64,000 nucleotides of DNA from an uncultured delta proteobacterium (lineage in GTDB: Bacteria > Desulfobacterota > Syntrophia > Syntrophales > Smithellaceae). The position numbers and the translations under genes are program-made. Shown here piece after piece: positions 30,434 through 42,184 of this stretch. The notes under the pieces are model-generated. The model saw only the letters and a program-made list of their open reading frames with translations, had not been told where the DNA came from and searched no databases. Position 1 is the stretch's first letter. Each line of letters opens with the position of its first letter. The DNA lies in assembly GCA_963730275.1 (NCBI GenBank), contig CAVSRI010000031.1, positions 85,900-149,899 on the forward strand. Reading direction: 5' to 3'.

Positions 30434-30470
30434 CAATATCTCCGTGGCGGTGTCCGCCACGGAGATATTG
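30434..30470. terminator. Perfect 17-bp hairpin between convergent genes
   Basis: caatatctccgtggcgg-tgt-ccgccacggagatattg, between the thiolase (+) and the response regulator (-). No U-tract. Confidence 0.5.
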
Positions 30471-30557
30471 TTATGGATTGTTAAAAATCAATGGTAACAA
30501 GCAATAGTTTAGAAACGATGGAGAAATATGGCGGAAAATAATTAAGTGTCCCCAAAA

Positions 30558-30938
30558 TTACACGTGGTTCTCCTCGCCAAGGGCTTTTCTTATTTTACCC
30601 AGCAGATATTCAGTGTCGAACGGTTTGACAATGTAATCTGCCGCACCCATCTCCAGCGCTTTCTGTCTGATCTCTGACTTAGCGACACCGGTAATAAAAA
30701 TTACAGGGGTTATGGCGGTCAAAGAGGATATTTTTAAATTCTCAAAAATATGTATGCCACTACGTACGGGCATCATGATATCTAAAAGAATTAAATCGGG
30801 TTTTTCTTTATGGGCTGCTGCTATGGCCTGCATTCCATCAAAAGCTACAATAACCTCATAGTTGTTAGCCTTCAGTATAGAAGTAAGAAAGGATACGGTG
30901 TCTTGATCATCATCGGCAATCAGTATTTTTTTTGGCAT
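30558..30938 (-). CDS. Single-domain response regulator (CheY-like receiver)
   Basis: ADDD acidic pocket, phospho-acceptor LLDIMMP, T and KPF positions present. Confidence 0.9.
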   Translation of the reverse strand: MPKKILIADDDQDTVSFLTSILKANNYEVIVAFDGMQAIAAAHKEKPDLILLDIMMPVRSGIHIFENLKISSLTAITPVIFITGVAKSEIRQKALEMGAADYIVKPFDTEYLLGKIRKALGEENHV

Positions 30939-31493
30939 AATTCGTTGTTCCTCCCTACTTCAATAGCGTGATACGTCTGCCAAAGGTAAAAAAACATGTT
31001 CTGAATAATAGTTATTAAAGGTAGCCTTTGAGATTGGGATGGTTTGCCGCAGCTCTGGCAGCTTGGAGATGTTCTAGTGTTTATGGCTTAGGTCATAGAT
31101 AAATTTTCCTGCGAGGGCTTACTTTAAAAACTTAATCTTTTATTATTAATATTATACCAAAATAAAAACTCACGTCAACATAAGAAAAAATAATTGTAAG
31201 AAGCACGTAAAATGTCTGGTGGAAAAGTCATCAGCAGGTGATGGCAGATGAAACTGGAAGGGTAGCGTTTCCTGACAATTTTTCAGGAAAAGCTTCAAAG
31301 AATCGCTGGCAGTCTGGGCGTTGTAGAAGATGATGGTTGTAGTCCGCTGGGGTGAGAAGTGGCTTAAAAATTCAACGGTATATGAAAAAGGCGTGGGCTT
31401 CTTTTGTAACTCTTAAGGATTATTACTTAATTCATTCGGCAGTCATACCGTCTATCCGGTAAATTACTTGTCATACAAGAAAGCTGTAATAGC

Positions 31494-32342
31494 CTAAAAT
31501 GAAAGCAGAACTCCTACATTAACGCCATACTCATTGGCTGTGCTCGACGGCTCATAAAAACCATATACGTTTACATCACTTGCTCCAAATGAACGGTATT
31601 CGTACCAGGGTGTTACTGAAATTCCAATGTCATTGGTAAATTTGTAAGTCACAGGAATTTCCGCGTAGAAGCCAATTCGGTTGCCTAAAGTGAAACCCAT
31701 GTCGGGATAGCCGAAAGGTATTTTTGAAAAATAAGCGGTCGCTGTGCCGTAAACCATGAAATTAGCTGTGACGGAAGCGGCCATATTTAATTTTTCAGTT
31801 ATATTGTAATCGGCTTTGATTCCCACGGGAATGTAGTGCCATCGATAATCTTCTTCATAAGTGAAAGTGTTGAACTCTGCAAGGTAATTAGGATCACCTC
31901 GCCACCAGTACTGGTAACCGTAGCCCAGATAAGGAATTAACAGGAAGTTTTTAGCTATGGGTATGGCGTAGCCAATATTTGCTTCAAATTTGAACATCCT
32001 GGCGGATTCATTCGTAAACTTTAACGGCGTACCGGACGGCTGACTTGCTCCATCATAGGTTATATCAGCAGCCGCATAGCTTAAAAATATTTTTGCATAT
32101 ATTGAGGACTTCTTTTTAAAAGTATAATCTAAATATACGCCCGGCAGCCATCCGTATTCCGTACTTTTGGCGGGCATGACCAAATCTTCTTTATAATCAA
32201 AATAAAAATAAGTCAGGCCCAACTTAATAGCTGATGGATTTTCAACGGGCACCGCGTTTTCCGCCATGGTCGGGGCACTGCAAAAAATGAAAAGTGCTAT
32301 CACTAAATTAAAAATGAAAAGCGGTTTAAATATTTTTGCCAT
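31494..32342 (-). CDS. Outer-membrane beta-barrel protein
   Basis: Signal peptide ending TMA-EN, alternating aromatic/aliphatic strands, C-terminal ...VLLSF. Confidence 0.7.
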   Translation of the reverse strand: MAKIFKPLFIFNLVIALFIFCSAPTMAENAVPVENPSAIKLGLTYFYFDYKEDLVMPAKSTEYGWLPGVYLDYTFKKKSSIYAKIFLSYAAADITYDGASQPSGTPLKFTNESARMFKFEANIGYAIPIAKNFLLIPYLGYGYQYWWRGDPNYLAEFNTFTYEEDYRWHYIPVGIKADYNITEKLNMAASVTANFMVYGTATAYFSKIPFGYPDMGFTLGNRIGFYAEIPVTYKFTNDIGISVTPWYEYRSFGASDVNVYGFYEPSSTANEYGVNVGVLLSF

Positions 32343-32447
32343 AATATTTCCTCCCTTTTTATTTTTACCATCTGGTGGAGATATTTTACTTTTAGGTAAC
32401 CTTGCATATTAAAAAACATAAAACCTTAGGTGCGGCAAATTATTTCC

Positions 32448-33098
32448 TCATGATTTTTTATAGAGAGAATTTTTGACAATGTATTGACGGACTTTATCCG
32501 GCGTAAGATATCTTATGGATTTGTCTGCTTTGATCATCTCTTTCATTCGGGATGAAGAAATGTCCAGAAAGCTCACATGACGGAAATATATGGTGTGACC
32601 GGTCGGTCCTTTAAATCCGTCAATTTTTTCATCGTAAGTAAATCGTGCGGCAAAGTCTTTCGGCAGGATACCGTCCAATTTCATATTTTCATATCCGGGA
32701 CGTGTCATCACAGCGAAGTTGCACAACAGCAGAAGTTTTTCCCAATCTTTCCAGGTAGTAATCGCCTGAAAAGCATCCTGCCCGACGATGAAGTATAGTT
32801 CCAAATCCTCCATGTATTTGTTGAGAATATATTCCACTGTTTCCACGGAATAAGATTTGCCGGCGCGTAAATTTTCCACGTCGGAAAAAGAGAAATTAAC
32901 GTTGCCTTCAATGGCCAGACGAATCATTTGCTCGCGATGGTAAAAAGAGGTGATTTCGGCTTCCAGCTTATGCGGAGGCCGCGATGACGGGATAAAAATG
33001 ATGCGGTTTAAATTAAAGATTTCCAGCATTTCTTCCGCGCCCCTTAAATGTCCGAAATGAATCGGATCAAATGTTCCCCCCAAAAGTCCCCATTTCAT
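32448..33098 (-). CDS. nadD: Nicotinate-nucleotide adenylyltransferase
   Basis: [15 protein letters not shown] motif. 4-nt overlap with proA. Confidence 0.9.
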   Translation of the reverse strand: MKWGLLGGTFDPIHFGHLRGAEEMLEIFNLNRIIFIPSSRPPHKLEAEITSFYHREQMIRLAIEGNVNFSFSDVENLRAGKSYSVETVEYILNKYMEDLELYFIVGQDAFQAITTWKDWEKLLLLCNFAVMTRPGYENMKLDGILPKDFAARFTYDEKIDGFKGPTGHTIYFRHVSFLDISSSRMKEMIKADKSIRYLTPDKVRQYIVKNSLYKKS

Positions 33099-34351
33099 GT
33101 TCGCACCTGTCCGTTGCCGTAAATTATAAATTTTGTTGTTGTCAATTCTTCCAGCCCCATTGGCCCGAAGGCATGAAGCTTTGTCGTGGAGATGCCGATT
33201 TCCGCGCCTAATCCCAGCTCAAAGCCATCACTGAACCGCGTGGAGGCATTGACCAGCACGGTGGAAGAATTGACCTCGTTTAAAAAGCGTTGAGAATTGT
33301 TATAGTCGTTCGTTATTATTGATTCCGTATGAAGAGAGCCGTATTTTTCGATGTGAGCTATGGCTTCGTCAATACTATCCACGACCCTCACAGCCAGAAT
33401 TAAATCGAGATATTCGGCAAACCAGTCATCTTCAGTCGCGGCTTCAATATTTTTTAAGATCGATCTGGTTCTTTCGCATCCCCTCAAGACAACGCCGGCT
33501 TTCTGCAATTTAGAGGCTACCTGTGGCAAAAACTTACGGGCAATGTCTTTGTGTACCAGTAAAGTTTCCACGGCATTGCAAACACCCGGACGTTGAACTT
33601 TGGCGTTGAAACAAATATTGACGGCCATATCCTCGTCGGCCTGCGCGTCAACAAAGATATGACAGACCCCCTTGTAGTGCTTGATTACGGGTATTTTAGA
33701 TTGAGCAACCACGGCGCGAATCAATTCTTCCCCGCCGCGAGGAATAATCAAATCAATGTATTCATCCAATTGCAGCATTGCTGAGACAGCTTCACGGTCA
33801 GTCAGGGGAATTACTTGAATTGCATTTTCCGGCAGGGAACTTTGTCGCAAAACTCGTTGCAGGATGGAGGCGATAGCCAGGTTGGAATTAATTGCTTCGG
33901 AACCGCCCCGTAAAATTATCGCATTTCCCGACTTAAGGCAAAGGGCAGAGGCATCAACCGTAACATTGGGGCGCGATTCGTAAATGATGCCGATAACTCC
34001 TAAAGGAATACGCATCCTGCCTACCAAAAGACCGTTGGGGCGGCGCCACATAGAAGTTACCTTGCCCACAGGATCGGGCAATGCGGCCACTTCTTTTAGT
34101 CCTTGCGCCATTGATTCAATTGTGGCTTTTTCCAGAGTGAGACGGTCAATCATGGCCGGGGAAAGTCCTGATTGCTTAGCTTGGAAAATATCCTTGGCGT
34201 TTTCCGCCAGAAGAAAATCACGATTGCGGTCAAGTTCAACTGCCATTTGCAAGAGGGCATTATTTTTGGCTGCCGACGTTACATGGGAAATATTTCGCGC
34301 CGAAAGTCGCGCGTTTTGGGCGATTTGTTTTATTGAATTTTTTATATCCAT
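33095..34351 (-). CDS. proA: Glutamate-5-semialdehyde dehydrogenase
   Basis: ALDH-fold ProA blocks ([30 protein letters not shown]). Confidence 0.9.
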   Translation of the reverse strand: MDIKNSIKQIAQNARLSARNISHVTSAAKNNALLQMAVELDRNRDFLLAENAKDIFQAKQSGLSPAMIDRLTLEKATIESMAQGLKEVAALPDPVGKVTSMWRRPNGLLVGRMRIPLGVIGIIYESRPNVTVDASALCLKSGNAIILRGGSEAINSNLAIASILQRVLRQSSLPENAIQVIPLTDREAVSAMLQLDEYIDLIIPRGGEELIRAVVAQSKIPVIKHYKGVCHIFVDAQADEDMAVNICFNAKVQRPGVCNAVETLLVHKDIARKFLPQVASKLQKAGVVLRGCERTRSILKNIEAATEDDWFAEYLDLILAVRVVDSIDEAIAHIEKYGSLHTESIITNDYNNSQRFLNEVNSSTVLVNASTRFSDGFELGLGAEIGISTTKLHAFGPMGLEELTTTKFIIYGNGQVRT

Positions 34352-34541
34352 GAAGTATCCTGATAGTTAACGAAACAAATTACTTGCATTTTTTCCAATT
34401 ATTGATAAAAGCCGCCTCATTTAATGAGATTTGAGTAACTTTTTAAACGTGATATAAGCAATTTACCAATAATCAATAATTGTCTTAATTTACAGGACAA
34501 TAATTTTTGTGTCAAGACCTTTGCCGGGGTAGAAAATAAAT

Positions 34542-35608
34542 ATGAACAGGATAAGAATTAAAGCTGGCAGGCGCGTTTACAAAATTATCAAAGATGGCGG
34601 TTTTGATTTAAATTCCGTTTCGACATATTATGGAGCGGCGGTAGGGCCGAGATGGTTAATTGCCAGCGGCTTTGATTTAACTCTCTTGAAAGGCGGGTTT
34701 TTAGGCCGTTCCAGAGCTGTTAATTTGGTTGGCTCCTCTGCCGGAGCGTGGCGTTTCGCTGCCTGGTTACAACCGGAAACTTTACAATGTTACCAAAAAC
34801 TTTTAAATGCCTATATAAATACAAGATATTCCCGAAAAGATAATCCTTCCAGTGTGTTGGAGAAATTTACCGGCCTCGTTAATGAATATCTGGAAGACGA
34901 TGCGTTGCCTTTTGCTTTAGCGAATAAAAGATATCGTTTAGCCATAATTACTGCCCGGTCACGCGGCCTTGTTCTTCAGAAATTCGATGGTTACAAAAAT
35001 TGGGGTTAGCATCTTGTTATTTATTAAATTGCTTCAGCCGTAATAATATTTATCGTTTTGCGGAGAGGGTTGTGTTTTATAATTGCTCCATGCCGCCGTC
35101 CTTTTGTTTACAGCCGCAGTTCCGCGGCCGCTACGTAAGAATCAATGAAATCAATTTCAAGTACGCGATTATGGCCTCGGGAGCCATTCCTCTTGTTGTT
35201 GCCGGTGTGCGTAACATTTATGGCGCTCCGCGCGGCATTTACCGTGATGGCGGGCTCATTGATTATCATCTTACACACCAGTTTGCCGCTAAAGAAAACG
35301 AAACAGTTCTTTTCTTTCATCATCAGGAACGGATCATTCCGGGTTGGTTAGATAAAAGGTGGGTGCGTCGTATGCCTGATGAGGAAACATTAAGCAATGT
35401 CTTGATGGTCTTTCCCACGCAAAGTTTTGTGGAAAAACTTCCGGATGGAAAAATTCCCGAGCGCGCTGATTTTCTCACCTACCTTGATGATCAGGAAACA
35501 AGAATTAAAAATTGGCACAAAGCCGTGGAATTGTCTGCCCCGCTGGGTAATGATTTTATAGAACTGGTGGAAAGCGGCAGGCTCAAGGATGTAGTGGAAA
35601 AACTGTAA
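34542..35608 (+). CDS. Patatin-like phospholipase, split by one frameshift
   Basis: GSSAGAW (GxSxG) nucleophile and DGGLIDY catalytic Asp. ORFs 34542-35009 and 35000-35608 overlap at the A5/G4 runs around 34995-35006. Confidence 0.7.
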
Positions 35609-35622
35609 TACCACTCCGCTTT

Positions 35623-35863
35623 CTTTGGCTAACTTTGCTGGCAGTGTCGTCGGCTTCCTCAACGTATGCACACAATACGCCTCGTCTCCTCCTCCTTGCC
35701 GCCGCGTTATTGTTGAAACTCCAATTCCGAAAGCGAAGCGCGGCGGAATTGTAAGTTGTAATGAGACTCAAATTTCAGAAACGCAGTGACCTGAAATTTG
35801 CAAGTCGAATTATGCCGCTTGGAAGTGGTGAACAATCCCGCGAAGCGGAGGGTATTACCCGTG
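35623..35863 (+). repeat. Intergenic repeat family: module A plus nested-hairpin units
   Basis: 35623-35705 matches the reverse complement of 19205-19290. Then come gttgaaactcc, aattcc/ggaatt around an exact GCGAAGC, taatgagactc, the hairpin aaatttcag-aaacgcagtgac-ctgaaattt (35770-35799), gcaagtcgaattat, and atcccgc-gaa-gcggaggg. Confidence 0.85.
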
Positions 35864-35932
35864 ATTCTTTGAAAGCAAAATGGTATAAGATTGTTGCCAG
35901 ACCCTATTAAAACTTTGATTTGATGAGTTAAA

Positions 35933-36860
35933 GTGGAACTAGAAGATAAAGTTTCCAGACTGAAAGAAATATTCAAAGATTGTGTGCTTTGTCCCCGCCA
36001 GTGTCATGTCAACCGCACTAAAGGAGAACTAGGCTATTGCCGCTTACCGGCACGGATAGTTATGGATTGTGCGCTGGCGCATCACGGCGAAGAACCGCCG
36101 CTATCCGGCAAAAATGGTGCGGGCACAATTTTTTTCTCTTCCTGTAATTTAGGTTGTATCTACTGCCAAAATTATCAAATATCTCACAATGCCTGCGGCA
36201 AAGAGCTTACTGTAAGGCAATTGGCTGATATAATACTGGATCTGCAAAGACGCCAATGCCACAATATCGAACCGGTGACACCGACACCGCAAACACCGCT
36301 GATTATGGAAGCCCTGCTTTTAGCCCGCACGCAAGGATTACAAATTCCCTTTGTTTATAATTGCGGCGGCTACAAGAATCCGGAAATTATCAAATTGCTC
36401 GCCGGCATGGTGGAGATTTATTTACCGGATTTTAAATATGGCCTGGAAGAAGATGCTGTTGAATTATCTGCGGCGCCGGGCTATCCGCGTTTTGCTCTGG
36501 ATTCTTTAAAAGAAATGGTGCGCCAGGTAGGCGATGATTTGAAGATGGGGATATAATGTAGCGAAGAAAGGCGTGATTGTCCGTCATCTGGTATTGCCGG
36601 GGAAAATTGAAAATTCTAAGGAAGTTTTTAGATTAATTAAAGAAGAAATATCTTTGAACGTGCCGATCAGTTTAATGTCGCAATACACGCCGATGCCCAA
36701 AGTCCGTCACCATCCGTTTTTAGGACGGAGAATCAACAAAGACGAATATAAGCAAGTTTTGGATTATGCCTTGAAATTGGGCTTTAAAAATCTTTTTATC
36801 CAGGAAGTAAACGAATACAAGATGACGCCTGATTTTGACCGCGAAAATCCTTTCGATTAA
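35933..36860 (+). CDS. Radical SAM protein, PflX-like (COG1313-type), split by one frameshift
   Basis: CVLCPRQC, HHGEEPPLSG..GAGTIFFSSCNLGCIYCQN cluster motif, and VRHLVLPG downstream. ORFs 35933-36556 and 36573-36860 join across G-run 36547-36550. Confidence 0.75.
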
Positions 36861-36908
36861 TTGTAACGAAAAAATCAGCCGGAGTAAACGATCGGCTGGA
36901 TTGCATTG

Positions 36909-37415
36909 TTAGCCTAAGAAACATCTATATTCGATTTCTACGACTTTTCCATTGGATATACGGAATCGTATTCCTTCTGTGTCATCGTGAACATCGAGCC
37001 AGTCACCTTTTTTGCATGCCTTGGAATTAAAGCGTTTTTCGATACTTTCTGCTGTATCACCAACGTGAAAATTTGAAATAGTTGTCCATGAAGGACTTGT
37101 TATGTTAACTTTTGTAATTTGATAGTGGTCATTATCGCCTTTAATCGTCGATATTCCGATTCGAAGTCCCTCATAAATAAGTTCCCTGTATTCATAATCA
37201 TAACTTGAACCTGTTATCCGCTCGCTTTTAAGCTGACCTATTGAACGCAAGTCTTTCAGCGATTTCGGTAGGCGTAATGCAGTGGGTCCACTGTAGCAAG
37301 CTATACCTTCTATCCATCCGCAATCAGCAAACGTAATAGAACTGATCATAAATAATGAAATGAATATAAATAAAACATACATCAAATAGTTTCTTCGTAC
37401 AGTTGATGATTTCAT
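36909..37415 (-). CDS. Secreted protein of unknown function
   Basis: 168 aa with an N-terminal signal-like helix, in an AT-rich patch. No motif recognised. Confidence 0.5.
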   Translation of the reverse strand: MKSSTVRRNYLMYVLFIFISLFMISSITFADCGWIEGIACYSGPTALRLPKSLKDLRSIGQLKSERITGSSYDYEYRELIYEGLRIGISTIKGDNDHYQITKVNITSPSWTTISNFHVGDTAESIEKRFNSKACKKGDWLDVHDDTEGIRFRISNGKVVEIEYRCFLG

Positions 37416-37545
37416 ATTAATAATTTCTCCTTATTGTGGGCTAACAATTAATATACTTACTTGGTATTTTCCGATTTTCAGTGCAATTTTACTTTATTTT
37501 GTAAAAAATGAAAAGAGAGGATTGTATAGTGCTTGACTAGTATTT

Positions 37546-38298
37546 CTACGGCATATCAAAAACGCTTACTCCGGCCGGCGGTTGAAATTGAAACATTTTA
37601 TCCGTAAGTCCGTTGTTGATGAATATATTGGAAAATTTTACCGAGGTGGAATTACCCAAGACATCATCGAAGCTAACTTGCAATATATAAAATTTGCTTT
37701 TATCCACGGTGATTTGAATGGGATTGAGAATAGTATTTTTTCCCAGAGGGGTTAACAGCAATAAATAATTTCCATTGTTGTCCAAAGCTTTAGGTTCGGC
37801 ATAGGTGATGGAAAAATCATCCTTTAATTTTCCTAAACCGGATAGAAATCTGATTAACGCTTTAGACTGAAAAACATTGTCCGCTTTTTGCCGATAGGCC
37901 GCCTTTTCCTGCGGAAGGTAAAGCCATGCCGTACGTTGATTAATTACCAGTTTTTTTGCCTTGGGTTTTGTATAATCCCAGAGCATATTCTTCGGATTCT
38001 TGAAAAAAACGCTGCCCTCTTCAATTTCTGTCTTTTTTATCGATTTGATGGTTATTTCCTGAAGAAAATTAGCCTTAAAATCTTCCGTTTTCTCGTAAGT
38101 GTGCTGTAATTTTTGGACGACATCGTCGATGGGAGGAAGTTCTTCGGCCAGTACAATGCCGGGCAAAAAAATTATTAAAAACAGGAGAGCAATTGGCCAA
38201 AAACGAGCTGTAATTGCTGTAACTATTTCATTTGCCTTAAGAAAATTTTCGCTTATTTTTTTATAAAAAAAATCAAAAAAAGAGGTCATAAGTGGCAC
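37546..38298 (-). CDS. lolA: LolA-like outer-membrane lipoprotein carrier protein
   Basis: Signal/anchor helix, then a LolA-type block (DF.A.F.Q.......E...G.....P...W.Y..P). Confidence 0.65.
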   Translation of the reverse strand: MPLMTSFFDFFYKKISENFLKANEIVTAITARFWPIALLFLIIFLPGIVLAEELPPIDDVVQKLQHTYEKTEDFKANFLQEITIKSIKKTEIEEGSVFFKNPKNMLWDYTKPKAKKLVINQRTAWLYLPQEKAAYRQKADNVFQSKALIRFLSGLGKLKDDFSITYAEPKALDNNGNYLLLLTPLGKNTILNPIQITVDKSKFYILQVSFDDVLGNSTSVKFSNIFINNGLTDKMFQFQPPAGVSVFDMP

Positions 38299-38562
38299 AT
38301 TTTTTTCTAGTGAGTTTATATCTGCCTTTTTTGGTTCCTTATAAGTGGCGATGATAACAGGGTATATTTTAAAGGCCTTGATTTTATTTAATATTTATCT
38401 TGCTCAAACCTTAGGCAATTTGGTGTAGAATCGCGCCAAATACGGATTGGCGGCAATTATCAACAGTGATATCAACAGCCTTTTCCACAGATTTGTGGAA
38501 TACAAATCCAAGTGCTTGTATCCAAGGGGAAAAATCTACAGTCATCATTTTTTGGTATGCCG

Positions 38563-39639
38563 CTAGCCATGAATCTGGATGCGCCAGCCAAATTCATCTT
38601 CCTTCAATCCATATTGGATTTGCAGGATTTCATTGTATAATTTTTCGGCCAAAGGACCTGTTTTTCCACCGTTTATCAGATGTTCTTTTCCGCGGAAATA
38701 GATTTGACCGACCGGTGAAACAATAGCCGCCGTTCCCGAGGCAAAAACTTCTTTGAGCGTGCCCTTTTGGGAAGCGGCGATGATTTCATCTATCGCGAGC
38801 GGGCGTTCCGCAACCTTTACTCCAAAATGACGAGCCAGTTGAATGACAGAATGGCGAGTGACACCCGGTAGAATTGTTCCGGTAAGCGCGGGAGTAATCA
38901 GTTCATCGCCAATCAGGAAGAAAATGTTGCTTGTTCCGACTTCTTCCACGTACTTCTTTTCCCTGGCATCAAGCCACAGAACTTGGGTATAGCCCATATT
39001 TGTGGCAATGCGGCTGGCGTAGAGACTCGCGGCATAGTTGCCTGCGGCCTTGGTAAAGCCTGTACCGCCCGGAGCCGCCCGCACATATTTTTCGGAAACG
39101 AAAATCTTTGTCGGCGAAAACCCTTGTGGATAGTAAGCTCCCACCGGTCCGACCACAATGAAAAACAGATATTCATTGGCCGGATGAACTCCGAGTGCCG
39201 GTTCGGTGGCAATCATGGTCGGGCGGATGTATAAAGATGTGCCGGCTCCGCGAGGAATCCAGTCTTTCTCCAAAACAACGAGTTTTTTCAGGGCATCAAG
39301 GAAGATGGCTTCATCGATTGAAGGCATGCAAAGCCTCTCCGCGGATGAGTTCATTCTTTTGATGTTTTCTGTGGGGCGGAAAAGAAAAATTGCCCCGTCC
39401 TTGCCGCGATAAGCTTTCAATCCTTCAAATATTTCCTGTGCATAGTGAAGGCACATTGCTGTGGGATCGAGTTTCAGCGGCCGGTATGGTTCTATCACGG
39501 CGTCATGCCACCCTTTCCCTTCTTTATATTTCATGTTAAAAAAGTGATCGGTAAAGATTTGGCCGAAACCGAGTTTTGATTCATCCTTTGGTTTAGCTTT
39601 CCTCTTTTTTGGGCTCGCCTTAATAACCTTAATTTTCAT
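38563..39639 (-). CDS. ilvE: Branched-chain amino acid aminotransferase
   Basis: 358 aa class IV aminotransferase blocks (YAQEIFEGLKAY, GTGFTKAAGNY, GVTR). Confidence 0.9.
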   Translation of the reverse strand: MKIKVIKASPKKRKAKPKDESKLGFGQIFTDHFFNMKYKEGKGWHDAVIEPYRPLKLDPTAMCLHYAQEIFEGLKAYRGKDGAIFLFRPTENIKRMNSSAERLCMPSIDEAIFLDALKKLVVLEKDWIPRGAGTSLYIRPTMIATEPALGVHPANEYLFFIVVGPVGAYYPQGFSPTKIFVSEKYVRAAPGGTGFTKAAGNYAASLYASRIATNMGYTQVLWLDAREKKYVEEVGTSNIFFLIGDELITPALTGTILPGVTRHSVIQLARHFGVKVAERPLAIDEIIAASQKGTLKEVFASGTAAIVSPVGQIYFRGKEHLINGGKTGPLAEKLYNEILQIQYGLKEDEFGWRIQIHG

Positions 39640-39731
39640 ACATGCCTCTTAATAGAGCTGCCTTTACAATAGTGTTTCTCAGGCTGCTCTCCAATAAAAT
39701 TAATATAGTGCAGCAATTCTTTTACATATCA

Positions 39732-40612
39732 TTAAATTAAATTACGATCAAGGGAGCGATATTGAATTGCTTCGGCTACATGAGCTGATTCAATGCCTTC
39801 CTTGTTTTCTAGATCGGCGATGGTACGGGAAACTTTCAATATCCGGTTTACCGCCCGGGCGCTTAATCCCAGTTTTTCAATGGCCATTTCGATGAGCTTA
39901 TGCGAATTTTCATCTATGGGGCAAAAATTCCTTATTTGCCTTTCCGTCATGCGGGCATTACAAAGAATATTTTTAGTACCGAACCGCTTTTTTTGCAATT
40001 CCCGCGCATAGTTTACACGACCTTTAATTGTCGAGGAGGATTCCCCCAATTCTTTGTCGGAAAGGGCCCGATATTTGACCGAAGGCACTTCGATATGCAA
40101 ATCTATTCGATCCAATAACGGCCCTGATATTTTGGCTTGATACTGCCGAATTTGCTGCGCGCTGCAGCGGCAGGTGCGAATACGATCGCCAAAATAACCA
40201 CAAGGACAGGGATTCATGGCGGCAACGAGCATAAATTTTGCAGGGAAAGATGCTGTTATCGAAGAACGAGTAATTGTTATAGCGCCTTCCTCCAATGGTT
40301 GACGGATAGCTTCCAGTGCGTTTTTTTTGAACTCAGGTAATTCATCCAAAAAAAGAACTCCCAGATGAGCAAGGCTTATTTCACCCGGCCGGGGTATTTG
40401 ACCGCCTCCAACCAAACCGACATCAGATATTGTGTGATGCGGCGAACGAAAGGGACGTACAGCAACTAAATATCCGTCTTTATTCAATGAACCGGAAACG
40501 GGAAAAACTTTGGTTACTTCAATCGCCTCTTCGAAAGAAATGTCGGGCAAAATCGTGGGCAGCCTTTTTGCCAGCATACTTTTACCGGAGCCCGGGGGGC
40601 CGATCATCAGCA
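39732..40612 (-). pseudogene. comM: comM (YifB/Mg-chelatase-like ATPase) 3' part, separated from its 5' part by an inserted element
   Basis: Begins abruptly at (L)[16 protein letters not shown] (Walker A) and continues to the normal C-terminus. The 5' part lies at 49536-50189. Confidence 0.9.
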
Positions 40613-40622
40613 TATTATATAG
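40601..40622. other. Left att junction (comM/element)
   Basis: cgatcatcAGcatattatatag; the element arm catattatat starts at 40611. Confidence 0.7.
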
Positions 40623-40751
40623 TATTTAATTTAATAATTTCCTTATAGCTTCGTACATTAATATCAATCAAAATTAATATATTGCGTAGCCTGAATGAAA
40701 TACTTGTTTTCTTTAAACCACTGTATAAAAAATATAATATTGAGGTACAAA

Positions 40752-41177
40752 ATGCAAGTCCTAATCATAAATAAAGATGGTATAAAAAATATAAATTTAA
40801 ACAGAAGAAAAACCATCCATGAACGATGTCTCGATTGTAGCGCTTGGATTCCTAAAGAGGTTACAGACTGTACTCTTACGCAGTGTTCATTGCATCCTTA
40901 CCGCTTGGGGAAAGGAAAACAAGATGCAGCAGAAAGGCAAAAAGCTATCCGAGCATATTGTTTATTGTGCATGAATGGGCAGATAGGAGAAGTGACAAAA
41001 TGTCCTTCTATAAATTGTTCTTTGTTCGCATACCGCAAAGGTGGATTAGAGAGAGCAATAACATCACCTTCTTTTGAGAAAATAGGCAATACAGAGGGAT
41101 CATTTTCAATAAACGTGGGTGCAATGAATAGAGCCAAAGGGGAAAATCAGTCGTGTATAAAAACAATGCCTATATGA
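40752..41177 (+). CDS. Tandem Cys-motif (zinc-ribbon-like) protein, unknown function
   Basis: Two copies of C-x2-C-x9-10-C-x4-C-x-L-x2-YR-x-G (CLDCSAW...CTLTQCSLHPYRLG and CLLCMNG...CPSINCSLFAYRKG). RBS gaggt before ATG 40752. Confidence 0.55.
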   Translation: MQVLIINKDGIKNINLNRRKTIHERCLDCSAWIPKEVTDCTLTQCSLHPYRLGKGKQDAAERQKAIRAYCLLCMNGQIGEVTKCPSINCSLFAYRKGGLERAITSPSFEKIGNTEGSFSINVGAMNRAKGENQSCIKTMPI

Positions 41178-41545
41178 CTTTGGGGAGATTGAAATAGCGG
41201 AAAAACCAGGTAATGTCTTATAAACATTTATTCCTTCTATAGAGATAATCAATATTGCTGATGTAAAAGACCCGGCAGAGCTTTCTGATCAAGAAGCTTT
41301 AGATATAAAAGAAAGCATTGAATTTGGCTGATTTATAAAAAAAATTTATTTATTAATAAGAACAACAGCTTGTCTTACTTTTTAAAGAAAAAACATAAAA
41401 AATATTCACAGAAATAAACTTTTGCTCGGTATTTTTTCGTTAATGTATATTGAAAGGGGATTTTTTATGAACAACAAGTATTCAAAACTTATTAATAAGA
41501 ATAAAGGCTGGCCGGCAGACTTAACGACCATAATAGTGTTTTTTT

Positions 41546-42184
41546 ATGAATGAAGAATCCGGAAATAATTTGTTCAAAGGCTTACTGAAAAGAAGAATTA
41601 AAAAAGATTCTTTACCTTTGGAACAAAGATATGAAACTCATAAAGCTGAAGTTCTAGCTAACCGAAGTCCTTCTTATCAATTACCACACAAGAAGCAAGT
41701 TGGAAAAGGAAAAGGAACTTTTATAGAGCGAGATTTGTTTGAGTCAGATGCATTCTTAGCGTTGAGAGGGGTTGCTCCGCAAATGCTGATTTACCTTTTG
41801 GGAAAACGTTTTTTTAAAAAAACCCGTCGAGGGAAGTTTTGCGAAAACCAGAACGAATTAACTCTAAGTTACGCCGAACTAAAAAAACTCGGTGTTACTC
41901 AACCAAGAGCAACGCGTGGTTTTGATGAGCTGCTTGCCAAAGGATTTATTGAATTAAAGCATCAAGGCGGCGCTTATCAAAAAGATCAGAGTGTTTATGC
42001 TTTATCCAATCAATGGCTACTCTGGAAAAAGGGAGCTGTGTTTTCCAAGCGGCCAACTGTTTCCAAAAAGGGCTTTCAAGGCGGTCAAAAAACCAAAACA
42101 ACATACGAAAACCTTGCCCATGCACACATACGAAAACGTTCCTCAATAGACAACTTTAGAGCAACGAAAGCGTTGGCAGGATAA
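41546..42184 (+). CDS. Basic protein of unknown function, possible winged-helix DNA binder
   Basis: 212 aa. The segment LSYAELKKLGVTQPRATRGFDELLAKGFIE resembles an HTH/wHTH. No family recognised. Confidence 0.5.
   Translation: MNEESGNNLFKGLLKRRIKKDSLPLEQRYETHKAEVLANRSPSYQLPHKKQVGKGKGTFIERDLFESDAFLALRGVAPQMLIYLLGKRFFKKTRRGKFCENQNELTLSYAELKKLGVTQPRATRGFDELLAKGFIELKHQGGAYQKDQSVYALSNQWLLWKKGAVFSKRPTVSKKGFQGGQKTKTTYENLAHAHIRKRSSIDNFRATKALAG

Noticed and set aside
30434-30470. The perfect 17-bp hairpin as a mobile-element end or recombination site
   Set aside because: It is a single copy and sits between convergent genes, where a bidirectional terminator or attenuator is the simplest reading. No matching partner sequence was found by eye.
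30939-31493. The 555-nt gap upstream of the response regulator as a riboswitch, sRNA or sigma-54 promoter
   Set aside because: It contains only a 9-bp hairpin (31268-31290) and TGGCA-like strings without a correctly spaced TTGC. No known riboswitch consensus was recognised.
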